Assembly: GCA_951813565.1 (NCBI GenBank) | Contig: OX638351.1 | Coordinates: 5,362,983-5,426,982, forward strand | Source: an uncultured Poribacteria bacterium | GTDB lineage: Bacteria > Poribacteria > WGA-4E > WGA-3G | Reading direction: 5' to 3' | DNA: 64,000 bases | Shown: positions 1-10,400 of the stretch, in pieces | Layout: every line of letters begins with the position of its first letter | How positions within the stretch are numbered: position 1 is the first letter of the stretch | Made by a program: the position numbers and the translations under genes | Notes under the pieces: model-generated | What the model saw: the letters and a program-made list of their open reading frames with translations, nothing else | Told to the model about the DNA's origin: nothing | Databases searched by the model: none

Positions 1-783
1 ACGGAATTGGGAGATTGGGGATTTATGCCGACTGACCCTGCACAACTCCGTGACGAACTTGCAGCACGCGAGTTAACATTGTTAGGTGCTTTTGTGCCAG
101 TTACGTTGGTAGATACTGGGGCACACGCAGCAGGTGAGGCAGCGGCAGTAAAGCATGCGCGACTGTTGGCAGATGTAGGCGGTGACGCTCCGTTTATCGT
201 GCTTGCGGATGACAACGGCACTGTAGAACAACGCACGCAGAATGCCGGACGTATTCATCCCAAACACGGCTTGACACAAGAGCAGTGGGACACTTTTGTG
301 TCGGGTGTGCATCGTATCGCGCAATCGGTACGGGACGAGACAGGACTCCGCACCGTTTTTCATCATCACTGTGCGGGATATGTGGAAACACCTGCGGAAG
401 TGGACACATTGATGCAACACACCGATCCGAATCTGGTTGGGTTGTGTTTTGATACGGGACATTACCGATTCGGTGGCGGCGATCCGCTTGACATATTTGA
501 TCGGCACGTTGAACGGATATGGCACGTGCATTTCAAGGATTGCCACCCTGAAATCGCAGCCCGTTCTTGCACAGAGAGTTGGGATTACTTTAAGTCTGTC
601 GGGAATGGTGTTTTTTGCGAATTGGGCAAGGGTGATATTGATTTTCCAGCGTTCATAGCGGAATTGCGAAATCGCAACTATGATGGATGGATAGTCGTTG
701 AGCAGGATGTCTTGCCGGGCATGGGCAGTCCATATCAGAGTGCAAAACGGAATTTCCAATATCTTAAATCAATCGAAGTGTAA
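1..783 (+). CDS. Sugar phosphate isomerase/epimerase TIM-barrel protein, myo-inosose-2 dehydratase (IolE)-like; 5' truncated by window edge
   Basis: Frame open from position 1 (TELGDWG). Motifs FHHHCAGYVET, LCFDTGH, HVHFKD, LGKGDIDF and WIVVEQD are typical of IolE/AP_endonuc_2. Confidence 0.8.
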   Translation, partial: TELGDWGFMPTDPAQLRDELAARELTLLGAFVPVTLVDTGAHAAGEAAAVKHARLLADVGGDAPFIVLADDNGTVEQRTQNAGRIHPKHGLTQEQWDTFVSGVHRIAQSVRDETGLRTVFHHHCAGYVETPAEVDTLMQHTDPNLVGLCFDTGHYRFGGGDPLDIFDRHVERIWHVHFKDCHPEIAARSCTESWDYFKSVGNGVFCELGKGDIDFPAFIAELRNRNYDGWIVVEQDVLPGMGSPYQSAKRNFQYLKSIEV

Positions 784-802
784 CTGAAAATTAAATCACT
801 TA

Positions 803-833
803 TAGGTTGGGTAGAGTTTGCGAAACCAACCTA
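803..833. repeat. Single uninterrupted REP-like palindrome TAGGTTGGGTAGAG-N-GCGAAACCAACCTA
   Basis: Intergenic imperfect palindrome with the same core as the direct repeats flanking the composites at 47.6, 49.4 and 52.6 kb. Confidence 0.7.
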
Positions 834-877
834 AATCTACTGAAAAATTGTATGGTTCGATAAATAAGGAGTGAGAA

Positions 878-2044
878 GTGGCAAAAATACAACTTACAGG
901 AAAACAGAGCGACTTTCTTAAAATCATTGTTGCTGCGGCAGGTCGTGGTGACCTTGATGCCGTTCGGCAATTTTTAGATGACAAACCTGAATGGCTTCAC
1001 ACTATCGGTTCGCACGGTAGGACAATGTTGTGGGAAGCCGCATATCGTGGAAAATTAGAGGTCGTTAGATTTCTGGTAGAACATGGTGCCGATATGAATC
1101 TTCCCGGTTGCCATCTCAGTCAACACGACCTTGAGATAACACCTTACTGTGTTGCACGACACGAAGGGCGCGACGAGGTGGCGGATTATCTGTTGCAGCA
1201 AGGTGCTATAGTTGATATTCATACCGCTGCCTATCTCGGTGATTATGATACGGCACTTTCACTTCTTGATAATGATGCCAGTCTTGTTAATAGCGGATAT
1301 CTTCAATCCGTGATGCTGCCATCAGGTGAACCGCACACTGTTGAGCATCGAGATGCGGAGTGGGCAACACCTCTCTGCTACGCCATCGTTGGTGGGAACA
1401 TACGGATTGTTGAATTACTTATTTCAAGAGGCGCGATAATTGAGTCGCATAGTAAACTCTTGCTGGATCATGCTGTATCAACTGATCGGGTAGATATAGT
1501 TAAGTTACTATTCGAAAATGGTGCAGATCCGAGCAAAGCACCGCGAATTTATGATGATAATTCAGGTATGAGCGTGCTGCTCAAGTCTCATGGTGTCCCG
1601 TCCAAGGACATAAACGCCTTAGGCAAGATGGGTTGGCCTCCACTTCCTTATGCATGCCGTGGTGACAAAGGAGAACACCCTAACAAGGTTTTGAGACTTC
1701 TGAAACTGGGGGCAGATATTGACGTCCGAAGCAGCAAAGGAAAAACAGCATTGCATTGCGCTGCGAAAGCGGGGTTTCTTAAAGTCATCGATGTGTTGAT
1801 AGAAAATGGTGCGGCTATTGATGCAACCGACAAAAACGGTGAAACACCACTATATGAGGCAATCCGATCCACAATAAAAAATCGTGAAAAGCAGCGTGCA
1901 TCGTTAGAAGTGTTGCTCACTAAAGGTGCGAACCCGAATGCTGAGAACCGTAGAGGGTTGACACCACTACAAGTTGCGCAGCAGATGCGAAGGGTAGACG
2001 CGGAAGAAGTTGTTAAGTTATTGAAAAAGTATGGTGCCGACTAA
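878..2044 (+). CDS. Ankyrin repeat protein
   Basis: Multiple G-x-T-P/A-L-H-x-A-A...L-L-x-x-G-A-D/N repeats; AGGAG RBS before the GTG start. Confidence 0.9.
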   Translation: MAKIQLTGKQSDFLKIIVAAAGRGDLDAVRQFLDDKPEWLHTIGSHGRTMLWEAAYRGKLEVVRFLVEHGADMNLPGCHLSQHDLEITPYCVARHEGRDEVADYLLQQGAIVDIHTAAYLGDYDTALSLLDNDASLVNSGYLQSVMLPSGEPHTVEHRDAEWATPLCYAIVGGNIRIVELLISRGAIIESHSKLLLDHAVSTDRVDIVKLLFENGADPSKAPRIYDDNSGMSVLLKSHGVPSKDINALGKMGWPPLPYACRGDKGEHPNKVLRLLKLGADIDVRSSKGKTALHCAAKAGFLKVIDVLIENGAAIDATDKNGETPLYEAIRSTIKNREKQRASLEVLLTKGANPNAENRRGLTPLQVAQQMRRVDAEEVVKLLKKYGAD

Positions 2045-2085
2045 CTTACCAAATTCCATTTTTGGTTTTTTAACCTTACTAATAA

Positions 2086-2820
2086 ATGAAAACTCCTTAT
2101 ACGCGCGAAAAACTTATCAAAGACTTTTCTGCTCTTGGCATAGAAAAGGCAGATACGCTTTTCATACATTCCTCCTTCAAGAGTTTAGGTGGTGTTGAAG
2201 GCGGTGCAGGCACAGTTATTGCTGCGCTTGAAGCAGTTATCGGACAGGGCGGATTAATTCTGATGCCCTCGTTCAATCTATTACCGAGTCGAGAAGAACG
2301 CGTAGGATCCTGGGATATTGAAAAGACTCCATCCACTGTTGGATGGTTAACAGAGTTTTTCCGACAGATGCCCGGTACCTATCGTTCGGATCACTATTCA
2401 CACTCTGTCGCTGCTCGAGGGAAAGGTGCAAAAGCGTTTGTCGCAGATCATCTCCGATGTGATGGCTATCAATCTCCGTGGGATTACCCACCTTGGGGAA
2501 AGACTTACGGCACACATTCACCGATGTTTCGCGCTTACATGGCAGAAGCTAAACTCCTCATGATCGGCGTAGATTATCAAACCTCAACTTATATTCATCT
2601 CGTTGAGGTAATTTATTTTAATAAACTCCTTGCTGACAATGCCGAAGCAGATGTTTTTGATCTAAATCGACCAAAACTTGGTGCATTTTGGGATGGACTC
2701 GGAAATTTAAGGCGAGGTAAAGTCGGAGACTCAGACTGTCGTTTGTTTGAAATTAAGACGTATGTAGATACCCTTCTTGCAGAAGTTGAACGTAACCCGC
2801 AACTATACTCGGGTAAGTAA
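2086..2820 (+). CDS. AAC(3)-family (aminoglycoside N3) acetyltransferase-like protein
   Basis: Motifs IHSSFKSLG, LMPSF, G-x-LTEFFR, RSDHYSHSVAARG and LMIGVDYQTSTYIHLVE. Confidence 0.85.
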   Translation: MKTPYTREKLIKDFSALGIEKADTLFIHSSFKSLGGVEGGAGTVIAALEAVIGQGGLILMPSFNLLPSREERVGSWDIEKTPSTVGWLTEFFRQMPGTYRSDHYSHSVAARGKGAKAFVADHLRCDGYQSPWDYPPWGKTYGTHSPMFRAYMAEAKLLMIGVDYQTSTYIHLVEVIYFNKLLADNAEADVFDLNRPKLGAFWDGLGNLRRGKVGDSDCRLFEIKTYVDTLLAEVERNPQLYSGK

Positions 2821-2859
2821 ACAACAAAAAAGTATTGCTTGTCTCCAAAAGGATTCTTG

Positions 2860-3453
2860 ATGACAGATAAAGAGATTATTGCCCATTCACGTTCACTACG
2901 AGATGAAGCAAGCAACCTGCTTAATCATGAAGGTTTGCTGCCAATGCTAAAATCTTTTGGGACAACTCGTGTGATCGGCAGTTATACGTTGGATACGATG
3001 ACATGGCGTGACATTGACATTAGTATGAAATTGCCTGATGAGCAGGATATAGCGCTTTTCTTTGAAATCGGCAGGAAATTCGCAACGAAGTTTCAAATAA
3101 CGAAGATGTCATATTCAAATCACTTTATCCGGAACTTTCCCGGTTTTGACCATGGACTTTACTGGGGTATTAGACTCCACTATGCAGAACAGGAATGGAA
3201 GATAGACCTATGGGGTTACGGCGAAAAAGATTATCATAAGCACATGGCTGACTTTGATAGGTTGCACAAAGAAATTCAACACGCAGATCGTACTACAATC
3301 CTACGTATTAAACACGCTGTATCTCAACGTCCCGACTATCGGGGAGATGTCTATAATAGCATGGCGGTCTACCGCGCAGTACTTATGGGAAAGGTTACAT
3401 CTTTAGAGGAGTTTAACAGATGGATCGAAAGGGATACAAATGCTAACATCTGA
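2860..3453 (+). CDS. Hypothetical protein with Pol-beta-type nucleotidyltransferase signature
   Basis: IGSY-x7-DIDI motif plus a later KIDLW; start placed at ATG 2860. Confidence 0.55.
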   Translation: MTDKEIIAHSRSLRDEASNLLNHEGLLPMLKSFGTTRVIGSYTLDTMTWRDIDISMKLPDEQDIALFFEIGRKFATKFQITKMSYSNHFIRNFPGFDHGLYWGIRLHYAEQEWKIDLWGYGEKDYHKHMADFDRLHKEIQHADRTTILRIKHAVSQRPDYRGDVYNSMAVYRAVLMGKVTSLEEFNRWIERDTNANI

Positions 3454-4228
3454 AGAAAAATGGTTTTTTGACCATCATGGGTTCATCATCTTGCGCAATG
3501 TCGTACCGCCCGAAGATATTGAATTGATGATTGAATTAGGAAATCGCTGGCACGATATGACATTAGAGGAATTACCGCCACCACTGACTTCTACTTCACG
3601 TACCAGCGATTATAATTCAACAATTGCACACTGGATAAACAATGTGCAATACGGCGATGTAGTTTTCCAGCGATTGGTGCTTAATCTTGAAATTATGCGT
3701 GTTGTTATTGCGTTGACGCGAGCAGCACCTTGTCTTGTGGATTGCGCCTTGACCAAAAACTACACAACCTCCGATGACATCAGCTTTCATGCATCAGGAC
3801 AAAATTACGGCGTGGAAAATGGAGAACCGCACGCTGGATTTGTCAATGCTGGCACCTCGTTAGTTGATGTGCCAGAAGGGACAGGTTTTGTCTGCCTGCC
3901 CGGAAGCCACAAACGTAACTTTGACCCACCCGAAAATCTGTCGATTTATGACGGCCCTCCCACAGTGATAAATGTCCCTGTCAATGCTGGTGATTGTGTA
4001 ATCTTCACTGAGGCACTCTACCACGGTGCAAGACGTTGGACAGAAGATTATCCTCGCTTTACTGTTTTCAACCGATACATTGATAACGGGTCGCATGGTG
4101 CGTTGCCAAAAGAGGAACATAAACATTTGATTTCGGACGAGGTCTACGAACTGGAGCAGCCTGCGATTCGTGGACAACAGAAACAGGTTGTAAAACATAT
4201 TTTAAAAGGCTTGAGTGTGGATGGTTAA
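3440..4228 (+). CDS. Phytanoyl-CoA dioxygenase (PhyH) family Fe(II)/2OG enzyme with atypical metal motif
   Basis: FFDHHGFIILRNVV N-terminus, CLPGSHK and AGDCVIFTEALYHG; first His motif reads HAS rather than HxD. Confidence 0.85.
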   Translation: MLTSEEKWFFDHHGFIILRNVVPPEDIELMIELGNRWHDMTLEELPPPLTSTSRTSDYNSTIAHWINNVQYGDVVFQRLVLNLEIMRVVIALTRAAPCLVDCALTKNYTTSDDISFHASGQNYGVENGEPHAGFVNAGTSLVDVPEGTGFVCLPGSHKRNFDPPENLSIYDGPPTVINVPVNAGDCVIFTEALYHGARRWTEDYPRFTVFNRYIDNGSHGALPKEEHKHLISDEVYELEQPAIRGQQKQVVKHILKGLSVDG

Positions 4229-4274
4229 AGGGGCAATTCTACATGGATCAAAATATCTAAAATTTCTTCCGGTA

Positions 4275-5288
4275 TTACCGAATTCTATACCGCTCAACAG
4301 CATCCATGTCCAAACTAATACCCAGTCCCGGTTCGTCTGACAGGTGAATCGCTCCATTAGTGAGATTCATACTACCGCCAGATAGGTCATCAACACGAAT
4401 GTGGGGAAGTTCGTCAATTGGCATCGTGCAGTTTGGAATAGTGGATACCAAGTGTGCAGCAAAGGTTGAAGCTACACAACAACCGAACGCGAAGCACTGC
4501 ACCCAAATCGGTAAATCTGCCGCTTCGGCAACAGCAGCACTCTTTCGGAGTCCTGAGACATTTCCTTGTGTGTTTATGGCATCCACGGCATCTGCACGGA
4601 TGTTCTTTAATATCTCTTGCTGACCCCCCACATGCCTTGCGACTGGCACATCTGTATGTTTCCTAAGTTCACGATACCAAGATAAATCCTCAAAGCGGAT
4701 CGGGTCTTCGTAGACTTCAATGTTATACGGTAGCAATTCGTCTGCAAGCCGTATCCCTGTTTCCAAGTCTCCAAACTCCGTATTTGGGTCAACACGAATC
4801 TCGAAATCAGGACCACATGCTTCTTTGATTAAACGTGCAGTTTCAACGATAGTTGCGCTCCGAGCTTTGAGTTTATGGACTCGAAATCCTAAGTTTGCAG
4901 CGCGTTCTGCTTCTGCTGCAATTGCTTCAGGAGGCATCGGAGGTGACCAATAAGCGAGTTCAACGCTATCCCTATGTTTTCGACCGATTAACTTATGTGC
5001 TGGCACACCTAATGCCTGTCCTGCTATGTCATAAAATGCACTTTGGAAGGTGAATCCTTCGTCGGCTAAATCAAAATCCCAAATATTTTTGCCGACATAT
5101 CTTTCGGCAATCTGCTCTGCTTGTTCTGTAATATCACTATGAACAGCGTTGCTCTCACCCAATCCTGTTATTCCTTCATCTGTGTGCACCCAAATCAGGG
5201 TAGTTGGATAAACCATCCCTGAATGCTCTTGTATTGCTGGGATAAACGGGATGGAAACGGTGCAGTATTCTATGTTTGTAATTTTCAT
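4275..5288 (-). CDS. Mandelate racemase/muconate lactonizing enzyme (enolase superfamily)
   Basis: TDEGITGLGE, DIAGQALGVP, KLK, RVDPN, EDP and C-terminal PGLGI. Confidence 0.9.
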   Translation of the reverse strand: MKITNIEYCTVSIPFIPAIQEHSGMVYPTTLIWVHTDEGITGLGESNAVHSDITEQAEQIAERYVGKNIWDFDLADEGFTFQSAFYDIAGQALGVPAHKLIGRKHRDSVELAYWSPPMPPEAIAAEAERAANLGFRVHKLKARSATIVETARLIKEACGPDFEIRVDPNTEFGDLETGIRLADELLPYNIEVYEDPIRFEDLSWYRELRKHTDVPVARHVGGQQEILKNIRADAVDAINTQGNVSGLRKSAAVAEAADLPIWVQCFAFGCCVASTFAAHLVSTIPNCTMPIDELPHIRVDDLSGGSMNLTNGAIHLSDEPGLGISLDMDAVERYRIR

Positions 5289-5376
5289 AATATCGCAGCT
5301 CCTTAAATATCCATTGAATGTAAGTTTGCAGGGTTTATGCTCCCTAATGAACTTTGACGTTCAAGTTGGGTAAAAT

Positions 5377-6231
5377 CTAAATGGGTCTACAAGCGTTAGC
5401 TAATAGCCCATCGCCTTTCAGTCCTACATAACGGAGTAAGTCATCCGAACCGGTGGCAAATTGATCCAGAAATCTATTCACCCGGGCTCTGAACGCCTCC
5501 CACTGGCTCGCAAAACGATGCATCTTAAACACATCAACCCGCAGCCATCTCCATAACTTCTCAATCGGGTTCAACCACGGCGCATAAGTCGGTAGCCAAA
5601 CAGGCGCAATCTGTGGCAACTCTGATAACGCATCAAGCACATCCGGATGTTTGTGGATCGACCAGTTGTCTTGAACAACATAAAGCGTTTCTGCTCGCGG
5701 ATATACTTGTGTCAACTTCTGATACATTTCAATCACTTTGGCACGCCCTACAATGTAGTTATCAAGATAGCATACCTGTCCCGTCAACGCATTCAGCGCA
5801 CCAATGATCCGCCATTGCTGATTATTTCCATCACAACCTGCCACCGGAATACTTCCCGGAGGTGCTTGTATCCAAACCCGTCCAGCTTCAGACCAGCGAG
5901 AATACCCCATCTCATCAAGAAATACCAGTTCTTGTTTACCACGACTGCGAACGATCTGCTGTAAACAGGAACATAGATGTGATACTTTCGCCGCATACTC
6001 AGGATCCGGACTATACTGCTGCACGTGACCTGAGCGAAGACGCAAACCACAACGAGACAGCACTCTATATACACCACTCAGCGTGTAACCTTCTAACCAA
6101 TCAAGACTCGCACGCAGCGTCCGAAGCGTCCAACGACTTGGGATAGGCGCATCAGTAGAAACGCCTTTCGCTTTATCCACAACTTCATCTGGGGCTTGGC
6201 GCACATGTTCTAATAGTTCTTCTTTTTTTTT
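5377..6231 (-). CDS. IS630 transposase OrfB (winged helix + DDE_3), reached by -1 frameshift
   Basis: VFLDE, VVQDNWSIH and LPTYAPWLNPIEKLW are the IS630 DDE motifs; the frame is -1 relative to OrfA. Confidence 0.9.
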   Translation of the reverse strand, partial: KKKEELLEHVRQAPDEVVDKAKGVSTDAPIPSRWTLRTLRASLDWLEGYTLSGVYRVLSRCGLRLRSGHVQQYSPDPEYAAKVSHLCSCLQQIVRSRGKQELVFLDEMGYSRWSEAGRVWIQAPPGSIPVAGCDGNNQQWRIIGALNALTGQVCYLDNYIVGRAKVIEMYQKLTQVYPRAETLYVVQDNWSIHKHPDVLDALSELPQIAPVWLPTYAPWLNPIEKLWRWLRVDVFKMHRFASQWEAFRARVNRFLDQFATGSDDLLRYVGLKGDGLLANACRPI

Positions 6232-6500
6232 GAAAATCGCTGTCTTGCTCCGCCATGCTGCCGCTGGATTAACCCATCAAAACCTTCTTCGTCATATATA
6301 TTCAACCATCTGTAAATGGTATCAGGTTTGCGGCGTTTGAGTAACCCATAGGTCGAAACCCAGTGTGCCGAAACACCTTCGGCTATTTTCAACAACGCAG
6401 CAGCTTTTTCTCTGACATCAGGACGGTCGTGATGATCTCGATATTCAATCAGTTCTTGTTCTTCTTCTTCTGTCCGAATGAGTTCTCTTCGTTTTGCCAG
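6210..6500 (-). CDS. IS630 transposase OrfA (HTH domain)
   Basis: AAGGAG RBS then a probable CTG start at 6500 (LAKRRELIRTEEEEQEL...TIYRWLNIY); ends at an A9G slippery run. Confidence 0.7.
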   Translation of the reverse strand: MAKRRELIRTEEEEQELIEYRDHHDRPDVREKAAALLKIAEGVSAHWVSTYGLLKRRKPDTIYRWLNIYDEEGFDGLIQRQHGGARQRFSKKKKNY

Positions 6501-6689
6501 GGTATACTCCTTTTATGTTGGATTATACCATCATAACATTACCCCGTTTGATTGTCAAAGTTCATTAGGCAGGGGGTTTGACGGGGAGTGCTAGATTAAT
6601 GTGTTGATCACAAAACCGCCAATTAAAGATTTGAAATATTTGATTGGATTTACCTAAAGTTGAAATTAGCAGAAAATCTGAAGCAATTG

Positions 6690-6808
6690 TTTATAGTAAA
6701 CTTCACAATTACCTTTACATTGGCGAGGTTAGGAAACCTCGCCAGCGCATGCGTGTGGGAATTGCTGTTCATTGAAATGTGAACATATTATTGGATTTTA
6801 CTATAAAT
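6690..6808. repeat. MITE/REP composite with TTTATAGTAAA...TTTACTATAAA ends and internal hairpin TGGCGAGGTTAGGAAACCTCGCCA
   Basis: Inverted ends visible; similar ends at 47860-48031 and 51683-51712. Confidence 0.6.
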
Positions 6809-6995
6809 GCGTGGTCTGTGGTTACTAATAACGCTTGTAAACGAAGTAAAATAAAAAACGTAGAAAGTTCTAACTCAGTTTACATCTTATACATAATATC
6901 ACTTTTGAGACAAACTGTCAATTTATGTGGGTGTATAATATTATGTCACTTAGGTGCAATTTGCAAAGAGGCCGTCGCGTTTTCTACGGCAGGGC

Positions 6996-7030
6996 CAAAT
7001 CAACACAGCATGCACGTATGGCATGCCAGA
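6996..7030 (-). repeat. Degenerate hairpin-TTGATT micro-element
   Basis: Reverse complement TGGCATGCCATACGTGCATGCTGTGTTGATTTG resembles the copy at 52616-52650. Confidence 0.6.
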
Positions 7031-7183
7031 TGACTTGGCAAGATTATAGAATTTCCAAGATTGGTATTTACTCAGCTAAAGGTTTTTCTCAAGAAAGATT
7101 TAAACATTCATCAAACAGAAACGCTTGGAGAATAAAATAGCATTCATAACATAAATAATTCCGATGTTAAATATGTGCTTAAA

Positions 7184-7420
7184 GGTAGTCCGCACACGCC
7201 GTGGGTTTCCGTCCACAAGTTCAAAGAGGCGCAGCATGCCACACGGGGAATGCCATAAGGCATTCGGACCGTTGATTTGGCGCATGCTGCGTTGATTTGG
7301 CAATGAATTGCGCGACTACAAACGCATTTCTATAAATCAAGCGGCACCTGGCGTCTGTCCTTGTCTGTGTTGATGCGCCAATTATTTATGCACACCCCTC
7401 AATTATTTATGCACACTCCT
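7184..7420. repeat. REP (GTAGTC...GCGACTAC) carrying two nested micro-elements (7230-7299), followed by a 21-bp tandem duplication (7379-7420)
   Basis: Removing the units restores GGCGCAATGAATTGCGCGACTAC; CAATTATTTATGCACAC(C/T)CCT occurs twice. Confidence 0.7.
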
Positions 7421-7488
7421 GAGATAGGTAGCATAAATCGGGGTATCAAACTCCGATTATCTTTTGTAGCGTAAACTTTCAGTTTGCA

Positions 7489-10400
7489 CTACGGAGTCTT
7501 CCTATTGTGTCTATCTTCAAGCGTATGTATTGTGCCGTGCAGATAGCAATTCAGCGGTGTGCCGTCTGCGAAGTTGCCTGTGATGTCAACATGGAATTGC
7601 ATTGTAGGAGTTAGGCTCGGTATTTTGAGGAAAACGGTTTTGCCATCCTCGGAAAGTGTTGCAGATTGGACAGGATGCATATCTCTGCCCTCCTCACCAG
7701 AACGTTTTAACTGTGGCGAACCGTAGCCTTCAGACCAGCGGTACTCCCAACTCTGTACCCGCCAGTTTTCTGGATTTGCTGCGGATTTTGGTGCAAGCGG
7801 TTCATAGAAATTGATGATTAAGCCGTCGCTGACAGCGCGAAATGATTTGGGGGTACGGAGTGGTGCACCGGTCATACGTATCCGATAGAAACCTGTGTCT
7901 TCCTGTTTGTTGGAGGACCAGCCAAACATACCTGCGAGATAGAGGTCCCCATTGATAGGGTGGAATCGGCCACGCATCACTCCTGTAGGGAACTCCACAC
8001 CTAGTTCGGTGAGAGCACCTTGTACAGTTTCTTCTATTTGGTGCTGAAGAACGGCGTACACTTTCCCAGTGCCGTAACTGACTGAAAGTAGAGAATCGCC
8101 CATTTCCCCCCAAGTGCCGATGGGAATCCAGACCAGTGCCGCTGGGGAACGGTCAACAAAAGGAGCGACCCAGCAGAGAGGTGGCTCGTAGCTATTTGGC
8201 GGATCGTCGGGCGGGTACCAGCCCCAGAGGTTACCATAGAATTTACCGTGATCAGTGATACGATTCAGTCGGTTGGCAGGCATCCAGAACCCTTCCTGAT
8301 CTGTGCCGTAGAATGTAGGACCGGGGCTAATCCCAAGCCCGTTTGATGCGCGAAATCCGTAAGCGATCACGGTAGACTTTTCCCCGCCTGGCGACACCCG
8401 GATGAGTGTGCCGTGGTGAGGGTGTTGGGCGCGAAGTGCATGTCGGGCGGCTTTCATGTAGTAGAAGTTCCCCGCTTCATCGGTCTGCAGGTCCATACTC
8501 GGTTCGTGGAAGTGTTCACTGTTGTAGACGTCATTATTAAAATTCTCGTAGAAATCTATTTCACCGTCTGCGTTGAGATCAACGAGACGGGTGATCTGGT
8601 CGCGTCCGACAACGTAAATCTGCTGCTTGACAATTTTAAGTCCGAGCGGTTGATTCAGACCGGTGGCGATACGTTGCCATACGAGCGTGTCCAAGGTATC
8701 ATTGAGTCCGGTGACTGTCCAGACATCGCCGTTCCAAGTGGAAAGCGCGGCACGATTGCCGCCTGGAAAGAAGTCGAACCCACCGAAGCGTAGCCACGAT
8801 TCCCACGGATTTTGTGTGGGCCAATCTATCTTGTCGATTGCGAACGGTTGGCTGGGGTCAAGTCCATCATTTGCCGCTAACTGTGCGAAATCTGATAGTT
8901 GTGATTCACTGCCATCCCATGTAAGAACCGATGCGGTTGTGTCTGTAGAGAGGTGGAGGTAAACACGGTCGGAGTCGACGGTCCATTTCGCGCCCTCAAT
9001 CGGTTCTACCAGAGTCGCTGCAATCAGAGGTGGCTCTTGGAAGCGTTGATAAAGCGCTTGCATCTCATCGGGAGAGAAGGCACGGTTGTACAAATGCAGG
9101 TCATCAAGTTTCCCTTCTAACCTGGGGGATTCTTCGGGGAAATTCTCTGCAGTGAATCCGAGTCGCCAAACGTCATCTTCAAGTTCATCTTCTGGCTTGA
9201 GCACACCTTCTGCTACAATCTCCCCATCCAAAAACATCTTCATTGCACCCGTTTGATGTCGCCACGTCAGTCCGACATGATGCCAAACACCATCAATGAC
9301 TGATTTTCCATCTCCTGCAGCACTGCTGACAACACCGACCCAACCGACATCAAAAGCCAATTGTCCATCTCGGATAAAAAAGGTTTTGCCGTTAGGCACC
9401 CATTCTGGCTCCTCAAGTGCTTCAGAGAAGATTGTACCATCATCCTCAGTGGCAATCCATACAGCAAAGGTTAGGTCAGTGGTGTCAAAATCAAGGGTAA
9501 AGTTTTTGTCAAAACGAGCTTCCGCATTACCATCAAATACAAGACAATTGTCGCGTCGCCCGGATTTCCACTGAACACCATCAAGGACGATTGTTGACTT
9601 TTCGGGTGTTGAACTTATTGCGTGTAAACCGTTGTCTTCGTCAAAACGCCAATGTCCGATCAAAGCGGAATCACCCTTCTGTTCCTGTGCAGGGGTGGAC
9701 TCTGAGGTTTTGGAATGAGGAAACAGGACTGCAATGTACTGGTCTGCATTGCCAACACCGCCAGGGGCAGGTAATAGATTATCCATAGAAAGCACTTTCG
9801 GTAGATACCCATCTAATTCAAGGTGCATAGTCGTTGTTCCCGCGTCTATTTTCACCGTTTCCAGCCTGAGTTTTCGCTGTATATCGGTGTGTCCGGTTGT
9901 GGTGAGTTTTTCCGACCAACGTTGCGGTCCGCCTTGTATCAGTTTCGTCAGATCTTCAACAGGAGGAGAATTTTCAACGAATTGTGTCCAAACGTTTAAT
10001 TCAAGTGTATCTTGGATCGCCGGCGTAATCAGAATTTTGGCTGAGATTGCTTGCTCAGATGGCGGGAACCGGACACGAATCTCGTCCTGCACTGTCTCCC
10101 ACTGTGTGCCTTCCGGCGCGTCAATCAAAGCGGCAAAAAGACTACCTTGAGCTCCAAGTTCTGTCTCCGGTGGACACAAGGCGACCCCGGTGCCGCGTGA
10201 AAATTCAGGTAAAGCGGATGCTTCACCATTAGCGATTGTTGCGATACGGACAAGTGTGCTTGATGCGGCAGGGCCGAGATGGAGCGTTCGAACAAAAGCG
10301 AGTCCCTTTTCTCCACTTTCAAGCGATGGTGATTCCAGCACCGAGCGAGTGCCTACCGTATACGACAAAATAACGCTGTTGTCGTGAAGATACAATCCTT

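Larger units (their letters stand above)
5345..6567 (-). mobile_element. IS630-family insertion sequence, apparently complete
   Basis: TAATGAACTTTGAC at 5345-5358 and its reverse complement at 6554-6567 (imperfect match extends to about 30 bp). TA at both ends; the empty site reconstructs as CCTAGG. Two-ORF transposase inside. Confidence 0.9.

Noticed and set aside
82..759. Long antisense ORFs (e.g. 82-759, 32556-33137, 12700-13185, 49829-50239)
   Set aside because: Shadows of well-supported genes on the opposite strand.
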